50,666 bases of DNA, taken from assembly GCA_903922175.1 (NCBI GenBank), contig CAIXSY010000232.1:1-50666 (forward strand). The letters are read 5' to 3'. This stretch comes from an uncultured delta proteobacterium (lineage in GTDB: Bacteria; Bdellovibrionota_C; UBA2361; CAIXSY01). This document shows, piece by piece, positions 18,729 through 27,795 of this stretch. Numbering within the stretch: position 1 is the stretch's first letter; each line of letters begins with the position of its first letter. Below the pieces are notes generated by a model, which was given only the letters and a program-made list of their open reading frames with translations, did not search any database and was not told the DNA's origin. A program made the translations under genes and the position numbers.

Positions 18729-18790
18729 CAATAAGTCGTTAGCGTCCCTACTTTCTGTTCAATAAGTCGTTAGCGTCCCTACTTTCTGTT
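18729..18790. repeat. perfect 31-bp tandem duplication
   Basis: CAATAAGTCGTTAGCGTCCCTACTTTCTGTT occurs twice back to back (18729-18759 and 18760-18790). A related inverted partial copy (AGTAGG..GGACGCTA) lies at 18670-18692. Confidence 0.9.
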
Positions 18791-19052
18791 AGAAGCGACG
18801 GAGGTCCCTCGTCGTCCTCCCCTTTTGTGTGGATTGCCGCAACGATCGAGAAGAGTTGTAGAAAAAGGGGAGAACTCCTCGGGATGACATTTGGGCGCAC
18901 TTCGGACAGGGGGCGTGAACGGTTCAATGTCCTGATGGTCTCCCGCGGCTGGAAGGTTCTCGCACCGAAGGTGGGCTAGGTCTACCCTTTCTGTGGAGTT
19001 GTCAATAGCCGTGACATGGTGCAAAGAAAGGGTAGACCGCGTACGCGCGCTG

Positions 19053-19799
19053 CTACTTCCCCCCAATCCTCTTCGCCCGATCTTCTGGATCCGGGTGCGA
19101 GGAGAGGAAGCTATGTTTGCCGCCGCTTATCTTGGCGAGCTTCATTAACGCTGATGAGGCAGCGAGTGCTGGTAGCTTATGCTTCTTTAAGAAGGCTAGG
19201 CCATAATCGTCGGACGCCTCTTCTTCGCTTTGTGAAAACTGGGAATTGATGACCTCTTCAAGGAAACCTCCGCCAAGGTCGGACGCCGCAACGACGCCAG
19301 TCATTGAATTGCTCGAGGATACACCTTTACGCAGAGCCGAAGCACCATAAGCCATCTGCATCTTGGCTTTGGAATGTCCAAGCTTGACATGTCCGATTTC
19401 GTGCCCAATGACGAAGAGAAGCTCGTCATCGTTCATCTTATCCATCAGCCCGGCATAGACGCGCACGCTACCGTTGGGAAGTGCAAAGGCGTTCACATCT
19501 TGCACAAGGTAAGCCTTAAACTCGAGTTTTAAGCCGTCCTCACGCGTATATTTTGACGTGATCTTTTGCAGGCGTGCGGCATATTTGCTGCCAGCGGGAG
19601 CAACCTGGTTGGTGCTATCGGACTGCTTTGCCGACTGCAGACCCAGGCTCTGCATCTGCTTGTCATCGAGCGTACCCGCTTTAACCACATCTCCCCCGGC
19701 ACTAATGGCAGTTCCCAAATCAAATCTGCCACCAGTAAGACTGCTACAGGCGCTTAGAGATAGCACAAGCGCGGCGCAGGCAATAAGACGAAGTTTCAT
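19053..19799 (-). CDS. M48 family metalloprotease lipoprotein (LoiP/YcaL-like)
   Basis: Signal peptide plus lipobox LSLSACS. HEIGHVKLGH zinc motif. VNAFALPNG.VRVY.GLMD, NSQFSQ..E.E.D.YG and SSHPD..DR are colinear with E. coli LoiP/YggG as I remember it. I prefer the ATG at 19799 (RBS AAGGGAGA) over the track start at 19829. Confidence 0.85.
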   Translation of the reverse strand: MKLRLIACAALVLSLSACSSLTGGRFDLGTAISAGGDVVKAGTLDDKQMQSLGLQSAKQSDSTNQVAPAGSKYAARLQKITSKYTREDGLKLEFKAYLVQDVNAFALPNGSVRVYAGLMDKMNDDELLFVIGHEIGHVKLGHSKAKMQMAYGASALRKGVSSSNSMTGVVAASDLGGGFLEEVINSQFSQSEEEASDDYGLAFLKKHKLPALAASSALMKLAKISGGKHSFLSSHPDPEDRAKRIGGK

Positions 19800-20070
19800 A
19801 GGTCTCCCTTTTATTTTAAATAGTACCACCTCTATGCACTAGGATTAGCGCGCAGATATGCGCACGGCAAGCTAGAGAATGGTACTCAAGAATGGTGTCA
19901 TGACCAACTCCCCAACGCACAATTACGTCGGCAGATGAAGTTAAAAACTTGAACGGATAGAGCGTCGGCTGTGCAGTTAGCAGAAAGCTGATCTCCGCGT
20001 ATGAAAGACAGATAGTAATCAGCAGCCACGAGGCTCTTTCACGCCGGCCAATTCAACTCCTCGGGATGAC

Positions 20071-20090
20071 AGGGGGCGCGAGCGCCCCCT
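20071..20090 (-). terminator. GC hairpin overlapping the radical SAM stop codon
   Basis: AGGGGGCGCGAGCGCCCCCT is a perfect palindrome. No U-tract follows on the minus strand, so terminator function is uncertain. Confidence 0.3.
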
Positions 20091-21177
20091 AAGCCGGATT
20101 CTGTCCCAATATCTTAACCTTCGTGCGATTTAAGCCCGCTCCGGTGTACTCTTTTTTAAATACGTAGTTGTAGCTATTCGAAGTTCTGCCATCTATCTCG
20201 ACGGTCTTAGGTACTTTTCGGCATCCATGGTGGCACTTCTGGCACACGTCGCTTAATTTCTTATAGCCCCGAGCGTGCATCTCACGTTGCTTCCCCTGCA
20301 AGACGTCCCAAGCATCCTTCAATGTCATCGTATTGGCGTTCCCCATAACCTCTTCTTTTTCGAAGTCGGAGGGGCATTTCAAATAATCGCCGTTGCTGCA
20401 GATAGCGAGCCTCTGCCAGAGACGCGGGCAAACAAAATCGTCATCGGGAACAAGCGTAATCTCCTTAAAGTTCATCTCGGCATTGTAGGCCACGCGATCC
20501 ACCCAGGGGCGCATAGTATCGATGTACTCTTGCGGATTATCCTGAATGGCTGTCCAGATAGACTGAACGTTCAAGATCATGTCGGGATGGAGCTCCGTTC
20601 GCATTCGACTCATCATCTTGAGCCGTTCTAAATTCTCATGATACTTGAGCGGCTTGCGAATACTTTCGTACATCTCACCTAAGCCGTCGAAAGAGACAGT
20701 CAGCCAGTCCAGCTTGGCTTCACAAAATCCACGTGCCATCTTCTCCGTCAGATTGCCGCCATGGGTGTTGATCCACACCTCCTTAACACCCTGCTCCTTG
20801 GCATAGGCCACCATATCCACGATCTTGGGGTGCAAGGTCGGCTCACCGCGCATACTAAACTTGAGCGTGAAGAGCTTGTTTTTGCCGCATTCCGCTACTA
20901 TCTTTTTGTAGAGCTCATAATCCATGAGCCCCTCCTTTCCCATATCCATGTACTGCCGAAAGCAGTGGTCGCACCTAAGGTTGCAGGAGCTACAGGACTC
21001 GATATCAACATTCAGCGGAAAAGGTGGAACCTGGTGCAGCTTGGGGAACGTCTCCCACTGATATTTGAACTGCTCGTAGGCGAACTCTTTGCCCTTGGCT
21101 CTCTTTCTTTCGATTAGCTGATCCTGCTCATCACTTGCGATGCTGAATTGAACCTTAGTTTCGCTCTCTTTTTTCAT
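20089..21177 (-). CDS. radical SAM protein with C-terminal Cys-rich (SPASM/twitch-like) region
   Basis: CSSCNLRCDHC is the CxxxCxxC radical SAM cluster motif. The C-terminal cysteines (CPRLWQRLAICSNGDYLKCP ... CQKCHHGC) suggest an auxiliary Fe-S domain. Confidence 0.75.
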   Translation of the reverse strand: MKKESETKVQFSIASDEQDQLIERKRAKGKEFAYEQFKYQWETFPKLHQVPPFPLNVDIESCSSCNLRCDHCFRQYMDMGKEGLMDYELYKKIVAECGKNKLFTLKFSMRGEPTLHPKIVDMVAYAKEQGVKEVWINTHGGNLTEKMARGFCEAKLDWLTVSFDGLGEMYESIRKPLKYHENLERLKMMSRMRTELHPDMILNVQSIWTAIQDNPQEYIDTMRPWVDRVAYNAEMNFKEITLVPDDDFVCPRLWQRLAICSNGDYLKCPSDFEKEEVMGNANTMTLKDAWDVLQGKQREMHARGYKKLSDVCQKCHHGCRKVPKTVEIDGRTSNSYNYVFKKEYTGAGLNRTKVKILGQNPA

Positions 21178-21233
21178 GGAGTCTCCGACGCCGTTTAATA
21201 AACAAGAAAAGCCACTTTGTAATTTAAGGCCAA

Positions 21234-21340
21234 CTAGTTCTCCCCCAAATTAATTCTCTCCAACCAAATCTTACAGCAGTTACAATATCTGGGCATGCTT
21301 GCGTAACGTAGGTAAAAGAACTTATTTGGGGGAGAACTAG
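21234..21340. repeat. 17-bp perfect inverted repeat with 73-nt spacer, upstream of the radical SAM gene
   Basis: CTAGTTCTCCCCCAAAT (21234-21250) and ATTTGGGGGAGAACTAG (21324-21340) are exact reverse complements. Confidence 0.85.
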
Positions 21341-21390
21341 GCGAATCAATCATTACAGATCGTTTTGATGCGCGAAACCCCCAAGGTCAT

Positions 21391-23547
21391 TCAGGTGCTC
21401 TTCTCCGAAAACTTCTTACCCTTTTTGGCCCGGCTCACAATGCCAGGGGCAGGGCTAAAGCGGCTGCCGTGCTCTTTCTCAAGGGCGGTAAGAAGCTGCA
21501 ATACCCGATCTGCGCCAAGCGAATCAGCATAGTGCAGCAAGCCACCACGGAATGGGGGGAAGCCGATGCCCATCACCGTGCCAAGGTCGATCTGATTGGC
21601 AGCTTCTGGACTCGGTGCTCCGGCCACGCCCTCGTCGAGGCAGCGCACGGCCTCGTTGATTAAACTCAATATCAAGCGGTCAGTAAGCGGTTTTAGGTCT
21701 GTGACACTTCGCTCCGGCTTGTCGATCTTCAATAGCGCGCGAATACGGGGGCTCGGTGTGGACTCTTTGCCCTGAAAATCATAAAAGCCTGCGCCGTTTT
21801 TCTTTCCCTTACGGCCGGCAGCCACCAGTGTCGCCGCCAAGGCGGGGCCCTGCATTCTGGCGCCGTAGCCTTTAATCATGGTCTCCGAAACATGAGATGC
21901 GATATCAAGGCCTACCTCGTCGAGAAGGCGAATTGGCCCCATTGGCATGCCGAAACTCGTTGCCGCCTTGTCGACATCGGCAATACGGTACCCATCCTGA
22001 AGCAGGTAGGCCGCCTCTCGCAAATAGGCAAAAAGGGTGCGGTTAATTAAGAAGCCGGGCACATCGCTAACGACGATCGGATACTTTCCGATCTTAGTCG
22101 TCAGCGCTGCGATCACCGCTACGGTTCTGTCGCTGGTCTGCGCACCGCGCACGATCTCAACCAGCGGCATCTTCTCAACCGGATTGAAAAAATGCATGCC
22201 GACAACGCGGTCAGGGTTTTCAATCGTCGAGGCGATCTCGGTGACCGAAAGCGATGAGGTGTTGGTAGCGATGATGACATCGGGAGCTACCTGCTTGCAG
22301 GCATCGGAAAGCACCTTCTTTTTAGCACCAAGCTCTTCAAAGACCGCTTCGATAACCAAATTAGCATTTCCGCTCGTCGATGAATCGCGTGTGGTCGCCT
22401 CAATTCGATTAATGACAAAGCTGCGCTCTGCCTCACTCAGACTCTTAACCTTAGCTAGGTTTTCACGAACCTGCTTCATCCCACGCTGAAGAGCTTCATC
22501 GGTTGTGTCTTTAAGCACGATGGAGCATTCGTTTTTGGCCAGAACTCCAGCTATACCGGCTCCCATGGCACCGGCACCGATAACGATTGCTTGTATGTGT
22601 TCTACCGCTTTACGAGCCGATTTGCCGATCGATTTAGCCTGCTCAGTCAGGAAAAAGATCTTTACTAAGCTCTTACTCTCGGAAGTTACCGCAAGTCGAC
22701 CAAGCTCTCGCGCCTCACGTCGCTGCCCCTCTTCAACCCCATGCACAAGACCATAGAGGGCACACTCAAGTGCGGCGGGCGGCGCTGGATAAAACCCCTT
22801 GGTCTCATTTTGCACCTGGGCAAGAGCATTTTTCTGCACCATGCGCCGTCCGAAGGCCGTATAGGTCAGCAGGCGATCGACTATGCCAAGTTTCTTACGT
22901 TTTAGTTTGGCTGGCTCGAGGACAATCGCCTCGGCTCGCTCGCGAAGTTTGTGTGCGGCTACTATCTCATCGACCAGTCCCACGGCGAGAGCCTGCTTCG
23001 GACGAAGCGTTTTGCCCGCTAAAATAATATCGAGAGCTTTGGGCAGTCCGATGAGGCGCGGCAAGCGCTGTGTTCCACCAAAACCGGGCAGGATGCCGAG
23101 CTTAATTTCAGGCAGCCCGATGGCGCTGCTCTTTTGATCGCTTATCAGCCGAACTTTACAGGCCAGCACCATTTCGCAACCACCGCCCATGCAGGGGCCG
23201 CTAATCGCAGCCACAGTGGGGTAGGGGAGAGCTGCGATCTGCTCGAAGAGTTTCTGACCTTCAACAGCCAGACTCTCACCAACTTGGGCGTCTTTGATGT
23301 CGCGGATAACGTTGATGTCGGCACCGGCGGTGAACATGTCTGCGCTCGGCCCCACAAAGATAAGCCCCTTGGGTACATTATCCTTGAGATAAGCGAGCAC
23401 CGTCCTAATCGAGGTCATGCGCTCAGCGGTGAGGATGATCAGCTTCTCGTCGGGGTGGCCCAGTCGAACCACGGCGACGCCGCTTTCAAGCATTTCGAGC
23501 GCGGCCGTGCCGCCCTGAGTTTGGCCTGTAGATGTTTTTGTTGCCAT
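21391..23547 (-). CDS. fatty-acid oxidation multifunctional enzyme (enoyl-CoA hydratase / 3-hydroxyacyl-CoA dehydrogenase), FadJ/FadB-like
   Basis: The 718-aa ORF has an N-terminal crotonase fold (FTAGADI, GPCMGGGCEM), a central Rossmann motif (VIGAGAMGAGIAGV) and 3HCDH C-terminal repeats. No thiolase gene is adjacent. Confidence 0.85.
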   Translation of the reverse strand: MATKTSTGQTQGGTAALEMLESGVAVVRLGHPDEKLIILTAERMTSIRTVLAYLKDNVPKGLIFVGPSADMFTAGADINVIRDIKDAQVGESLAVEGQKLFEQIAALPYPTVAAISGPCMGGGCEMVLACKVRLISDQKSSAIGLPEIKLGILPGFGGTQRLPRLIGLPKALDIILAGKTLRPKQALAVGLVDEIVAAHKLRERAEAIVLEPAKLKRKKLGIVDRLLTYTAFGRRMVQKNALAQVQNETKGFYPAPPAALECALYGLVHGVEEGQRREARELGRLAVTSESKSLVKIFFLTEQAKSIGKSARKAVEHIQAIVIGAGAMGAGIAGVLAKNECSIVLKDTTDEALQRGMKQVRENLAKVKSLSEAERSFVINRIEATTRDSSTSGNANLVIEAVFEELGAKKKVLSDACKQVAPDVIIATNTSSLSVTEIASTIENPDRVVGMHFFNPVEKMPLVEIVRGAQTSDRTVAVIAALTTKIGKYPIVVSDVPGFLINRTLFAYLREAAYLLQDGYRIADVDKAATSFGMPMGPIRLLDEVGLDIASHVSETMIKGYGARMQGPALAATLVAAGRKGKKNGAGFYDFQGKESTPSPRIRALLKIDKPERSVTDLKPLTDRLILSLINEAVRCLDEGVAGAPSPEAANQIDLGTVMGIGFPPFRGGLLHYADSLGADRVLQLLTALEKEHGSRFSPAPGIVSRAKKGKKFSEKST

Positions 23548-23557
23548 ACGTTGCCTC

Positions 23558-26500
23558 TTACACTCCTACCTTTTGAATTCCGATTGAGATCTCCTGCTGA
23601 CTAAGCGTCTCCTTGCAGACAAAGGCACCGGGCGCAGGCGCGCCGTAGCTCACCTTCTTGGCCAGTGTCTGTTCACCGAGGTAGCCCTCATGCTTCTTGA
23701 TCACCGCCATCAATTCAGGCGCAAGGGTGATATCAAGAGTAATGTAGTCGGCGATATGAAAGCCAGCCTCTTTGCGCGCCTGTTGCACCAGGCGCACAAG
23801 GTCGCGGGCCGTGCCCTCGTCCTCAAGCTCCTGGGTCATGCGCACATCAAGGACGACGATAGCATCGTTAGACGAAAGCGGCTGCGCCGCGCTGCCCTGA
23901 GCTGGAACCAGCCTCAAGGTGAAATCACCTTTTTCAAGCACGCAGCCGGCCGCCTCAATTCGCCCATCGGGCAGGGTTTTCCAGGTACCATCCTTGGTCG
24001 AACGCAGGACATCTTTCATCTTGGGGCCGAGCTTCGGACCAAGCTCTTTGGCGTTTACCTGCAGCTGAAACGATGCAAATTTTGATATATCAGAGCTAAT
24101 CTCTACTTTTTTAACATTGAGTTCGTCACGGATAAGAGCTGTATAGGCCTGCAGCTCCTCGACGTTTTTGCCGGCCACGGCGAGCGCCGCGAGCGGCAAA
24201 CGGGTGCGCAGGTTATGTCCCTCGCGGATCGAGAGCCCCAGCGAGCAGACCTCGCGCGTGCGATCCATACTAAGCACCAAGGCTGGGTCCTGTGGAAACT
24301 GAGTGACATCGGGCCAGGGTTGCAGGTGAATGCTCTCGTCGGATGTCAAACCACGATAAACCTCTTCGCTCAACATCGGCAGAAGAGGGGCCACGGTTTT
24401 ACACAGGGTGACAAGCACCGTATACAGCGTATTGTAGGCATCTGTTTTGTCTTGGTCCTTCTCATGCTTCCAGAAGCGCTCGCGGCTACGTCGAATATAC
24501 CAGTTATTAAGCGCCTCGATGAAGGCTCCAACCTCCTGACATCCACCAGCCAGATCGTAGCGGTCGAGGGCAGCCTGCACGTTCTCGACGAACTCCCTGG
24601 TCTTAGAAAGGATGTAGCGATCGAGAAGCTGCTTTGAGGTCGTTAAAAATTGGGCTTTTATACCATCGGCGTTGGCATACAAGGTAAAGAAATAATACGC
24701 ATTCCAGATCGGGTTAAGCACCGTGCGCACTACTTCGCTGATCGCCTTTCCCTCACGATCAATCTCGAGGTTAAGGCCGCGTAAGATCGGGGAGGAGACT
24801 AGAAACCAGCGCAGGGCATCCGCACCCAAGGTTTTGAAAACCTCCTCAGGGTCAGGGTAATTGCGCTTGCGCTTGCTTAGCTTCTCGCCGTTTTCATCGA
24901 GCACCACGCCGTGACAGATACAGCTCTTGAACGGCGGGCGATCAAACAGCGCCGTGCTCAACACCATTAAGGTATAGAACCAACCGCGGGTCTGAGCGAT
25001 ATACTCGACGATGAAGTCGGCGGGGAAGTGGCTTTCGAACCACTCCTTGTTCTCAAAGGGGTAGTGAATCTGAGCGAACGGCATCGCTCCCGATTCGAAC
25101 CAGCAGTCGAGCACCTCCGGCACGCGACGCATCGTTGACCTGCCACTTGGATCGTCTGGATTAGGCCGCGTTAGGGCATCAATCTGCGGCTGATGCAGGT
25201 CGGTTAGACGCACACCAAAGTCATGCGCTATCTCATCGAGACTGCCATAGACGTCAAGCCGGGGATAGCGTGGATCATCACTGCGCCACACCGGGATCGG
25301 TGCCCCCCAAAAGCGATTACGACTAATCGACCAATCGCGGGCGTTTTCAAGCCATTTGCCGAACTGCCCGTCACGGATATGCTCGGGGATCCAGTTGACC
25401 GACTTATTCAGCTCAACCATGCGATCTTTGAACTGACTGACACGTACGTACCAGGAGCTTACCGCCTTATAGATGATCGGTGTATCGGTGCGCCAGCAGT
25501 GCGGATAGTTATGCACGTAGGTTTCGTGCTTGATCAGTATTCCGCGCTCTTTAAGGTTCTTGGCGATGTTTTTGTTAGCATCGAAGACCTGCTGGCCAAC
25601 GTAGTCGGGGACCTCAGCCGTAAAGCAGCCGCGATCGTCGACGGGGCAAACCACGCTGATGCCGTTGGCCTCGCACACCCTTTGGTCGTCCTCACCGAAG
25701 CCCGGCGCCATATGGACGATGCCGGTCCCCTCGTCGGTCGTAACAAAATCACCGGCCATAACCACAAATGAGTTCTTGGAGTCTTTGAAGTAGGGGAATA
25801 TCGGCTGATAGCGCCGCCCCACGAGCTCGGACCCTTTTATGGTGCCCACCTGCACAGCCTTTTTGAGCTGCTCTTCATACTTGGCGGCCACAGAGCTGCC
25901 GAGGATGTAACGTACGTCACCCTCCTCGAAGATGGCGTATTCAATGTCTTTCCCCACAGCTGCGCCCAAGTTCGAGGGCAGGGTCCAGGGCGTGGTCGTC
26001 CACACAAGCAGTTTGGTTGTCTTTTCACCGGCCTGCGGCAGCAGCGTAAAAAGAACCGTTACCGCCGGGTCCTGACGCGGACGGGTGGCGTTATCCATGC
26101 GGATCTCAAAGTTGGAGAGGGGAGTTTCACAGGCCCAGGAGTAGGGCATAACCCTGTATCCCTCATAGACCAACCCCTTGTCCCACAAGCGCTTAAAGGC
26201 CCAGATCACGCTCTCCATGTAGGAGAGATCCATCGTCTTGTAGTCGTTCTTGAAGTCGACCCAGCGCGCCTGACGAGTAACGTAGCTCTCCCATTCGCGG
26301 GTGTAGCGCAGCACTGAGGTGCGGCACACCTGGTTAAACTTCTCTACGCCGTACTGCTGAATCTGCGCCCGGCCCGAGATCTTGAGCTCCTTTTCCGCCT
26401 CCATCTCTGCCGGAAGCCCATGACAATCCCAACCGAAGCGGCGCTCAACGCGATTACCGCGCATGGTTTGGTAACGTGGGATAATATCTTTGACATAACC

Positions 26501-26716
26501 GGTCAGGAGATGTCCGTAGTGCGGTAACCCATTGGCAAATGGAGGGCCATCATAAAAAACAAAATCAGATCCGCCATCACTAGCGCTCTTTCGCATCGAG
26601 ACGCTGCGCTCGAAGATATTCCTCTCCGCCCACATGGCCAGGATGCGTTTTTCGATCTCCGGATAGCTAGGGGAAGGGGAAACATCCGGATATGGCTTAT
26701 TAACGGCGTTGGTCAC
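23558..26716 (-). CDS. ileS: isoleucyl-tRNA synthetase, long type 2-like form
   Basis: The 1052-aa ORF carries PPFANGLPHYGHLL (the HIGH motif), KLSKRKRN (the KMSKS motif) and a CP1 editing region. Its length and N-terminus resemble Thermus/eukaryote-like type 2 IleRS. Confidence 0.9.
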   Translation of the reverse strand: MTNAVNKPYPDVSPSPSYPEIEKRILAMWAERNIFERSVSMRKSASDGGSDFVFYDGPPFANGLPHYGHLLTGYVKDIIPRYQTMRGNRVERRFGWDCHGLPAEMEAEKELKISGRAQIQQYGVEKFNQVCRTSVLRYTREWESYVTRQARWVDFKNDYKTMDLSYMESVIWAFKRLWDKGLVYEGYRVMPYSWACETPLSNFEIRMDNATRPRQDPAVTVLFTLLPQAGEKTTKLLVWTTTPWTLPSNLGAAVGKDIEYAIFEEGDVRYILGSSVAAKYEEQLKKAVQVGTIKGSELVGRRYQPIFPYFKDSKNSFVVMAGDFVTTDEGTGIVHMAPGFGEDDQRVCEANGISVVCPVDDRGCFTAEVPDYVGQQVFDANKNIAKNLKERGILIKHETYVHNYPHCWRTDTPIIYKAVSSWYVRVSQFKDRMVELNKSVNWIPEHIRDGQFGKWLENARDWSISRNRFWGAPIPVWRSDDPRYPRLDVYGSLDEIAHDFGVRLTDLHQPQIDALTRPNPDDPSGRSTMRRVPEVLDCWFESGAMPFAQIHYPFENKEWFESHFPADFIVEYIAQTRGWFYTLMVLSTALFDRPPFKSCICHGVVLDENGEKLSKRKRNYPDPEEVFKTLGADALRWFLVSSPILRGLNLEIDREGKAISEVVRTVLNPIWNAYYFFTLYANADGIKAQFLTTSKQLLDRYILSKTREFVENVQAALDRYDLAGGCQEVGAFIEALNNWYIRRSRERFWKHEKDQDKTDAYNTLYTVLVTLCKTVAPLLPMLSEEVYRGLTSDESIHLQPWPDVTQFPQDPALVLSMDRTREVCSLGLSIREGHNLRTRLPLAALAVAGKNVEELQAYTALIRDELNVKKVEISSDISKFASFQLQVNAKELGPKLGPKMKDVLRSTKDGTWKTLPDGRIEAAGCVLEKGDFTLRLVPAQGSAAQPLSSNDAIVVLDVRMTQELEDEGTARDLVRLVQQARKEAGFHIADYITLDITLAPELMAVIKKHEGYLGEQTLAKKVSYGAPAPGAFVCKETLSQQEISIGIQKVGV

Positions 26717-27105
26717 ACACTCTCCATGAGCACAGAAGTCAAAGCGTTACTCAAATAACCCCAACAACGGCAGGGGGTTATCATAATCGATGCTATCTAT
26801 TAAAAGGAATAGCGCGAATAGGTTACTACGAAATAGAAAGGGGTTTCAATAGGTTATCATAGAAACAGAGCAGTGCTCAGTTGAGCCAGGCGAGTTCACA
26901 AAGAATGCAGGGCGGGGGTCCTTCATCTGCGAGGAAATTTGTCACCTGATTGGTTGTGGAGAGAATTTCAAGTAAAGAAATAAAATAGGACCCCCAATTT
27001 TATACCCCTAATTCTCTAATCTCTTCTCACGACTAGCCTTGACTAACCCAGTAGCACTATTGTACTTCTTAAATCGCGGTTGGATTGCTTACTTTGTTTA
27101 GGTAC

Positions 27106-27795
27106 ATGCCTGAATTAAAAAAACCATCTAGCTCGTTGATGTGTCCATCAGGAAGTCATGTTGTGCGTGGACATAATCGTACTTGCGCGTCTGGTACAGT
27201 GACGTGGGTTGATGCACACATTAGTAAGAATCCTAAAAAAATGCAGGCTGGATATCTACCAGAAAATTTACTTTATCTATATTGGAGTTTGAATAAAAAG
27301 TATTCTACGCTGCCAGATATCCCGGGCTACAGAGGACGAAATGAGTTTGATGCTGTTGTCCAATTTTGGATAGAATACTGGAAAGAGCAAAAACTCATTT
27401 TCCCCGAAGATTTAGATCCTTTGATGGTTAAGGCTATGATTGCGGTTGAGTCTGGCTTTAATCAGAATGCAAAAAATAAGAAAGGCAGTGCTGGTGGTCT
27501 ATTGCAGATCCTTGATTCAGCAATTAGAACCCTTTGGGGAGTGCCCAATAGAAATGGGTGGGCAGATGTTACTAAGGAAAGAATTCACATTCTATATGGG
27601 GATAAGTTTGACCCAGTCATTAATATTGCTGTGGCTACCAGACTACTGGCCTATAAGTACAGCAAGATAAAACCTCCATTTTCAAAGAATGCCGAAGGAA
27701 TGATAGCTGGATACAATCAATTTAATCCAAAGGGGCAAAAGTACGCAGAGAAAGTTATTGCGTTGTATAAACAGGCCCGCAATGGGGTGCCGTGA
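27106..27795 (+). CDS. lytic transglycosylase (SLT domain) protein without signal peptide
   Basis: AVESGFNQNAKNKKGSAGGLLQI contains the catalytic Glu-Ser and the GLMQ-like motif of family 1 transglycosylases. The N-terminus has a Cys/His-rich stretch (CPSGSHVVRGHNRTCASG). I prefer the ATG at 27106 over the TTG at 27085. The segment is visibly AT-richer. Confidence 0.7.
   Translation: MPELKKPSSSLMCPSGSHVVRGHNRTCASGTVTWVDAHISKNPKKMQAGYLPENLLYLYWSLNKKYSTLPDIPGYRGRNEFDAVVQFWIEYWKEQKLIFPEDLDPLMVKAMIAVESGFNQNAKNKKGSAGGLLQILDSAIRTLWGVPNRNGWADVTKERIHILYGDKFDPVINIAVATRLLAYKYSKIKPPFSKNAEGMIAGYNQFNPKGQKYAEKVIALYKQARNGVP

Noticed and set aside
18779-19066. 95-aa minus-strand ORF downstream of the M48 protease gene
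   Set aside because: It overlaps the 31-bp tandem repeat, the 17-mer repeat and the 14-bp hairpin. Its composition is Arg/Ser/Pro-rich, and I see no start context or motif.
21244-21363. Cys-containing 39-codon micro-ORF upstream of the radical SAM gene as a RiPP precursor
   Set aside because: It has no Shine-Dalgarno sequence, and the ORF is largely composed of the two arms of a 17-bp inverted repeat. This is insufficient evidence. It is kept only as a remark under the radical SAM finding.
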